IMG/VR virus record: IMGVR_UViG_3300009093_000042
Coordinates: 64,001 to 101,913 of that record
Reading direction: 5' to 3' (one strand)
Origin: a virus
Lineage: Duplodnaviria > Heunggongvirae > Uroviricota > Caudoviricetes
Length of the DNA: 37,913 nt
Shown: one piece after another, positions 33,517 to 37,913 of the stretch
Numbering within the stretch: the stretch's first letter is position 1
Layout of the letters: each line of letters begins with the position of its first letter
Notes under the pieces: generated by a model
Told to the model about the DNA's origin: nothing
What the model saw: the letters and a program-made list of their open reading frames with translations, nothing else
Database searches by the model: none
Made by a program: the position numbers and the translations under genes

Positions 33517-33790
33517 AAAGACAGAAGCGCAACCGGCCAATTTTAAGGCCATCCTGGATTGGTGCGAGGTCAACCGACCCGACCTTTACCCGGTGGTCAT
33601 GGCGGAGCGCAATAACGACGGTTTTATTCTCCTGATGACGGTCGGCTTCGAAGCCGGGCGCACCTTTCAGAAGAACAATCCCGAGTATCCGTTCAACCAG
33701 GGTTACGCTCCGGTTGAAGTAACCGCGCCGGTGGAACCTCCCCCGATCTCAAATGAAATCGCACAAAAGCCTGTTGAGCCGAGCTGTTAA
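33494..33790 (+). CDS. Hypothetical protein
   Basis: 98 aa ORF overlapping its neighbours. Confidence 0.6.
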   Translation: METTSQTEKTEAQPANFKAILDWCEVNRPDLYPVVMAERNNDGFILLMTVGFEAGRTFQKNNPEYPFNQGYAPVEVTAPVEPPPISNEIAQKPVEPSC

Positions 33791-34055
33791 TGGTATCGGT
33801 TGGTCGATCGTACTGCTGTGGCTCTTTGAGTTCCTGTTCAGCACTGCCTTCGGCATGTTCGTGGTCTTCTCGCTCCTGTGGTGGATGTTCATTGGTCTCC
33901 TGGGTGGGGCTGTGATCAACACGCTCTGCGAGCTGCCAGTGAGCGGGGAACCCTGGTTTCTCTGTCTCAGTGCCGTGATCGCGTTGGTCTGTGGGTTTGT
34001 CTCGATGAGGAAGACCTGTGGTCCGTCAACGACCGTTCCGCCCGATGATGACTAA
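33753..34055 (+). CDS. Small integral membrane protein
   Basis: Two to three long hydrophobic segments (IGWSIVLLWLFEFLF.., FVVFSLLWWMFIGLLGG, WFLCLSAVIALVCGF). Confidence 0.55.
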   Translation: MKSHKSLLSRAVNGIGWSIVLLWLFEFLFSTAFGMFVVFSLLWWMFIGLLGGAVINTLCELPVSGEPWFLCLSAVIALVCGFVSMRKTCGPSTTVPPDDD

Positions 34056-34086
34056 TTTAGGACCGTGGCCGGTCCTTGTATAAGCG

Positions 34087-34118
34087 CAGCCTGCTGAGTG
34101 ATCTCGGCAGGCTGTTTT
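34087..34118 (+). terminator. Intrinsic terminator closing the early block
   Basis: CAGCCTGCTGAG-TGAT-CTCGGCAGGCTG-TTTT; a second hairpin AGGACCG-TGGC-CGGTCCT lies at 34059-34076. Confidence 0.8.
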
Positions 34119-34299
34119 AGTTTCGATCCTTGCCGCCGAGCGCTGCCACCAGTTCCTGGACAATGCCGCGTAGATCAAGCGCCGGTACGATCTCGGCCCG
34201 GTAACCCGTGGCTGTCACCTGGTAGGCTCCGCCGTGAACCGGCTGGTAGCAAACCCATCCTTCTTTGCAGCGCACGAATGTTTTTGATTGCTCAGCCAT
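34117..34299 (-). CDS. Hypothetical protein (60 aa)
   Basis: Preceded by TAATTA-N4. Confidence 0.6.
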   Translation of the reverse strand: MAEQSKTFVRCKEGWVCYQPVHGGAYQVTATGYRAEIVPALDLRGIVQELVAALGGKDRN

Positions 34300-34335
34300 G
34301 CTCTAATTATCCAGGAGAGGAAAAAGTTTACAAAT

Positions 34336-34366
34336 AAAAAACCCGCTCGAATTTCTCCGAGCGGGT
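34336..34366 (-). terminator. Intrinsic terminator of the major capsid gene
   Basis: Minus strand ACCCGCTCG-GAGAAATT-CGAGCGGGT followed by TTTTT. Confidence 0.85.
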
Positions 34367-34387
34367 CTTGTTAATCCTTCAGATCGC

Positions 34388-35842
34388 TTAGCCGATCACC
34401 GAGCCGAAGCTCGTCGGGCTGTTCAGAATCAGACCACGGCAGTACATCTTGCTGTTGATCATCTTCCGGGCGAACGAGGTCGCGAAACCGCGTTGGTGGA
34501 TGAAGTCAGGCAGCACCACGTCCGGCGTAGTGTAGAGCTTCTGGTATTCCGCGAGCACGTAGCCGGTCGTGAGGAATTGGTCGCCCTTGTGACCAATCAG
34601 CCACTCATTCACCGGATAGTGCGGATCGGCAAACACCTTCTTGTTGCCGAGGTCGCCGATGTAGGTGATGCCCTGCATCTGCGTGCGGTTGTTGCGCGAA
34701 ACGAACTGCGGCAGCGTGGCAACCACGGTTGCGGCCTGGAGACCCAAGAGCATCCAGTTACCGGCCACCATGTTGGTCGCGCCGAAGATGAAGTTCGAGG
34801 CCGTTTCAAAGGCGTCGATGATGGAGAACTTGTGGGTCTGGTAGTTCACCGAGGGCGGAGCCACGGCATCCCACACGACGAAGCCAGCGTCCGCACGGGC
34901 GCGCAAGTCGAAGATCACCTGGCGGTGCTTCTGATACGTGAGCGCATTCGTGAGGGCGTTGAGCAGAACGCTCTCGGCCTTGATGTTGTACATCGCCTGG
35001 AGGTTCTGATCCGCTTCTTCGGACCACAGAGTCTTCAGCTTCATCACCTTCGCCGTTACCGGCGTGGAGCTGAGCTTCATCTCGTAGTCCATGATGTTCA
35101 GGTTGCCTTCCGCGTTGAACGCGTAGGTGACGCTGTATGTCGCCGTCGCGCTGACACCAGTGACGGTGAATGCGCCGGTAACATAGTTCACCGTGCCGCC
35201 TGCGATGGCACCGGAGGGAATCAGGTTGCCGTTGCTGTCGTCCGTGGTCACGTCCGAGCCGACCGTCACGGTGACGGTACCAGCGCGAATCGGGAACCAT
35301 TCCAGGTTGCCAGCGTTGCCGGACAAGGCACCGGTCTCGTCCTGGACGAGTTCGTCGGCGTCATCATCGCGGTCCACGGCACCCTGGAGGGCGCGCCACA
35401 TCTGCGCACCAGCGGGCGTGCGGCCTTTGCGGCGACCAGTCACGATGTCCATGTAAACGATCTGGCTCACCGGGCCAGCCATGGGCTGGAGGGCGACGAG
35501 CTGGTCGATCACATCGTTTTCGCTCATGTTCGCGATAATAGGAAAAATCCATTTATCGAAAGTTCCGAGCGAGGACGTGCGGGTCACTTCGTCCAGTTGG
35601 CCAAACCGCGCACGGCAGTTTTCGAGCATGATCGCGGCGTAAGCGCGTTTGTGCTCCGGCATGTGTTGGACGAATTCCTTCCAGCCTCTTGCTTCCCAGA
35701 GGCCCTTGGGGTTCTTTTCGGTAATTCCGACAGGCGTTTCTGCGAGCTTATAGCCCCATTCCAGCGTCTCCGTGAAACGAGCAATATGTCCGCCGTTGGT
35801 CGCCAGCATCGGCCTACCGGTCTGTGAGTCTTGAATAACCAT
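34388..35842 (-). CDS. Major capsid protein (T4 gp23-like)
   Basis: VALQPMAGPVSQIVY, VTAKVMKLKTLWSEEADQNLQAMYNIKAE, GYVLAEY and RGFATSFAR motifs; likely processing site LDE/VT. Confidence 0.95.
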   Translation of the reverse strand: MVIQDSQTGRPMLATNGGHIARFTETLEWGYKLAETPVGITEKNPKGLWEARGWKEFVQHMPEHKRAYAAIMLENCRARFGQLDEVTRTSSLGTFDKWIFPIIANMSENDVIDQLVALQPMAGPVSQIVYMDIVTGRRKGRTPAGAQMWRALQGAVDRDDDADELVQDETGALSGNAGNLEWFPIRAGTVTVTVGSDVTTDDSNGNLIPSGAIAGGTVNYVTGAFTVTGVSATATYSVTYAFNAEGNLNIMDYEMKLSSTPVTAKVMKLKTLWSEEADQNLQAMYNIKAESVLLNALTNALTYQKHRQVIFDLRARADAGFVVWDAVAPPSVNYQTHKFSIIDAFETASNFIFGATNMVAGNWMLLGLQAATVVATLPQFVSRNNRTQMQGITYIGDLGNKKVFADPHYPVNEWLIGHKGDQFLTTGYVLAEYQKLYTTPDVVLPDFIHQRGFATSFARKMINSKMYCRGLILNSPTSFGSVIG

Positions 35843-35894
35843 AGGTCAGTGTTGTTGTTGTTGGAGTTTCGGTTATTGGTTTGGCTTTCCAGAT

Positions 35895-37568
35895 TTAACC
35901 GGCAATCGCTTTGGACAACCGGCCCACCATGCTGATGGCTTCGGTTACCCCACGCGGATCGGTCGGCGCAGTGCTGAGAATTGCCACCCCTTCGCTAACC
36001 GGAGCTGTGGGGCTTCCTGCTGCTGCCGCAGGCTTGTTACCCTGCGCTACGGGCGCAGCCGCCGTCTTCGACTCCGTCACCGGAGCCGCAGATTTGCCGT
36101 CCGCGCCTTTCGAGGCGTCCGGCGAAACTTTTCCTTCGAGCACGTTGCGGATCGCGACGAGCGCCTTCGGCACCTTCGCTTCGTTCAGCATCTTCTGAAC
36201 TTCCGGCGTGATCTTTTCTTTGAATTCCAAAGCCAGGTGCGCTTTGCCCATCTCGGTGATGTCGGTTTTGTACTTGCCGCCGAGTTGGTAAACTGCCTCC
36301 GAGGCCATCATGAAACGGCTGCGATACTTGATCGCTTCCTGTTCCATCGCCAGGGCGTGCTGACGCCAGGCTTGGCCGCGCTCTGTGACTTCATGGAGGA
36401 GGGCGTTCTGACGGTTTTCGCGCTTGGCGGATTCCGCCAGCTTGCGTTTGAACGTCTGAGCCGTCTCCGCCACCGCTTTCACGACGCGCAGGAGTTTGCT
36501 GTTGTTTTCGTTGAGCTTCGACACCGCTTTTTGCGGAGCGAGCTGGCATTCCGACCAGGAAGTCTCAATGTTCGCGATCTCATTGTGGAGCTGCGTACCC
36601 TGCCAGGAACGTTTGGCGTCCTCGGCAACGTAATTCGCGACTTCCTGATGGAGCGCACTCAGTTGAGACATCCCTTCGGCGAACTGCGTCGGATTGAGCT
36701 TGGCCGGAGCCGTGCCCTTCAACGCGATAATCTGCGACTTGATTTCACTCAGTTGCATAGTTTTCGTTTGGGATGATTCAGTTACGGGTTTCTGCGGAGC
36801 GGCTGCTCCTGGAGCCTGAGAACCCTCCTCAGATTCCAAAGTGACTTTCACGCCAGGCGTGAGGTTTTGAACTGTCGGTTTGCCGTCGCTGCCGGTGACA
36901 ATGGCCGTGACGGTTACTCCAGGAGTATCGGAAGTGGTGACGACAGTTTCAGAAATTGGTGCGGTGGGAGCGGGCTTGGATTCGGGAACGGATTCTTCGC
37001 GAGGCGGCGTGAGGATGGCAGACTCAAAGGAGGGCTTGGCCACTACGTCCCATCCTTCACAAACGTAGTCTTCCTGGACATCGTCCACGCCATCCGCAGC
37101 GCGCACCAGGGAGCCGAAACCACGGCTGGAAACCCGAGGGTTATATCCAGCTTCGATCAGGGCCGTCAGCTTCTTGCCTTCCTCCGTGCCCACAATCGCG
37201 ATCTCGCCGACGACTTCGTGGACAATTTTGCCACCCTGATCACGGCCTTCGCGCAGTTGCGCTGCCGTAGTGAGAATTGCGATGGGAGACTGAAGCGTTA
37301 CCTGACCGTCCTTGGGATGTTCGAGAAGACCAAAAGCTGCGTTTTCGGAAATGGACTGCATCAGCAGCGAGCCATTCTGGAGATTCTTCTCCCAGACCCG
37401 CTTACCGTAGCGACGGCCATTGCCGTTCACCGAATCGCAGACGCTAAAGCGCCCAGGAATGCGGGTGCGGGTTTTGCCGTTTGGAAGACTCTCAACGACG
37501 ATTTTAGTCGTGTCTGCTATGAAGGGAAAGGACCCCTTCAAACCTTCAGCAAGTAATTGGCGCGCCAT
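35895..37568 (-). CDS. Prohead protease (gp21-like) fused to a coiled-coil scaffold/core domain (gp22-like)
   Basis: NGNGRRY, GLLEHP, VSSRGFGS and WDVVAKPS protease motifs followed by about 290 aa of coiled coil; start at ATG 37568. Confidence 0.9.
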   Translation of the reverse strand: MARQLLAEGLKGSFPFIADTTKIVVESLPNGKTRTRIPGRFSVCDSVNGNGRRYGKRVWEKNLQNGSLLMQSISENAAFGLLEHPKDGQVTLQSPIAILTTAAQLREGRDQGGKIVHEVVGEIAIVGTEEGKKLTALIEAGYNPRVSSRGFGSLVRAADGVDDVQEDYVCEGWDVVAKPSFESAILTPPREESVPESKPAPTAPISETVVTTSDTPGVTVTAIVTGSDGKPTVQNLTPGVKVTLESEEGSQAPGAAAPQKPVTESSQTKTMQLSEIKSQIIALKGTAPAKLNPTQFAEGMSQLSALHQEVANYVAEDAKRSWQGTQLHNEIANIETSWSECQLAPQKAVSKLNENNSKLLRVVKAVAETAQTFKRKLAESAKRENRQNALLHEVTERGQAWRQHALAMEQEAIKYRSRFMMASEAVYQLGGKYKTDITEMGKAHLALEFKEKITPEVQKMLNEAKVPKALVAIRNVLEGKVSPDASKGADGKSAAPVTESKTAAAPVAQGNKPAAAAGSPTAPVSEGVAILSTAPTDPRGVTEAISMVGRLSKAIAG

Positions 37569-37699
37569 AGTAGTTTCCGAACTACTTGTAAGCACGGCTA
37601 GGGTGTTTACCTAACTTGCACAACTATGCTTTCACACCCAAAACGATTGAAAATCAATTCGACACTAACTAATAACTGTGGACAAAAAAGGTCCACTTT

Positions 37700-37912
37700 T
37701 TAGTCGATGTTCGGTCGGAGAGCAGCGTTTTTGACGGGAGGTTCCTTGTAGGAAGCGGCGTCGATCTCGACGGCACCTTTGGCGAAATTCCAGATGTGAT
37801 CCAGTGCCTTTTCCAGAAGGTCAGCGTTGGCACCACGGGACTTAAACCATTCGACGGTTTCATCCACATCCAATTCTTCGCTTTGACCGTTGGGCTTGCC
37901 GGTCTTCAGGTC
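37700..37912 (-). CDS. 3' end of an unidentified gene running off the right edge
   Basis: Not in the ORF track. My translation is ...DLKTGKPNGQSEELDVDETVEWFKSRGANADLLEKALDHIWNFAKGAVEIDAASYKEPPVKNAALRPNID*. Confidence 0.7.
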   Translation of the reverse strand, partial: DLKTGKPNGQSEELDVDETVEWFKSRGANADLLEKALDHIWNFAKGAVEIDAASYKEPPVKNAALRPNID

Positions 37913-37913
37913 G

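Larger units (their letters stand above)
1..37913. mobile_element. Segment of a large T4-like myovirus (contractile-tailed dsDNA phage) genome
   Basis: Portal, gp21-type protease, gp23-type capsid, sheath, tube, tape measure and baseplate genes plus gp46/gp47, primase and flap nuclease; very dense gene packing; no host housekeeping genes or integrase seen. Confidence 0.95.

Noticed and set aside
33753-34055. Membrane protein as a holin
   Set aside because: It lies in the apparent early block with no endolysin nearby, so there is no support beyond hydrophobicity.
37677-37685. DnaA-box-like TTGTCCACA on the minus strand
   Set aside because: Single copy, explained as part of the hairpin arm; origins need clustered boxes.
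1-37913. Stop-codon recoding, as seen in some large phages
   Set aside because: Conserved genes are intact under code 11 and end in TAA, TAG and TGA.
1-37913. tRNA genes, CRISPR arrays, introns and inteins
   Set aside because: Intergenic gaps are too small or lack the motifs; no repeat-spacer periodicity; no split genes or Hint motifs seen in portal, primase or gp46. A formal tRNAscan/Infernal run was not possible.

Overview
The whole window looks like part of a large, probably lytic, T4-like myovirus genome. GC is roughly 55-60% by eye, the standard genetic code is used, and I see no host genes, integrase, tRNA or CRISPR array. Head genes: portal, prohead protease fused to scaffold, gp23-type major capsid protein and several acidic or disordered putative internal head proteins. 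Neck and tail genes: neck, tail completion, sheath, tube and two tube-like paralogs, tape measure, baseplate hub, spike, gp25 and a gp26/gp51-like chaperone pair. Replication and recombination genes are scattered between these on both strands: gp47/Mre11, gp46/Rad50, primase, 5'-3' flap exonuclease and an HU-like protein. A short block of probable early genes lies at 30.6-34.1 kb. The most unusual signals are in the DNA grammar: (1) an A/T-flanked pseudo-palindrome WGTWWACW at 19 positions, 11 inside genes; (2) three apparent promoter classes close to start codons with no Shine-Dalgarno, namely sigma70-like TTGAC..TACATT, GTTCT-N7-ATG before non-structural genes, and strand-symmetric TANNTA about 4 nt before structural genes. 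Protein-level oddities are a tandem two-domain GroES, a probable nested in-frame scaffold gene and a probable +1/-2 frameshift in the gp26/gp51-like pair. All family assignments come from motif recognition by eye, not database searches.
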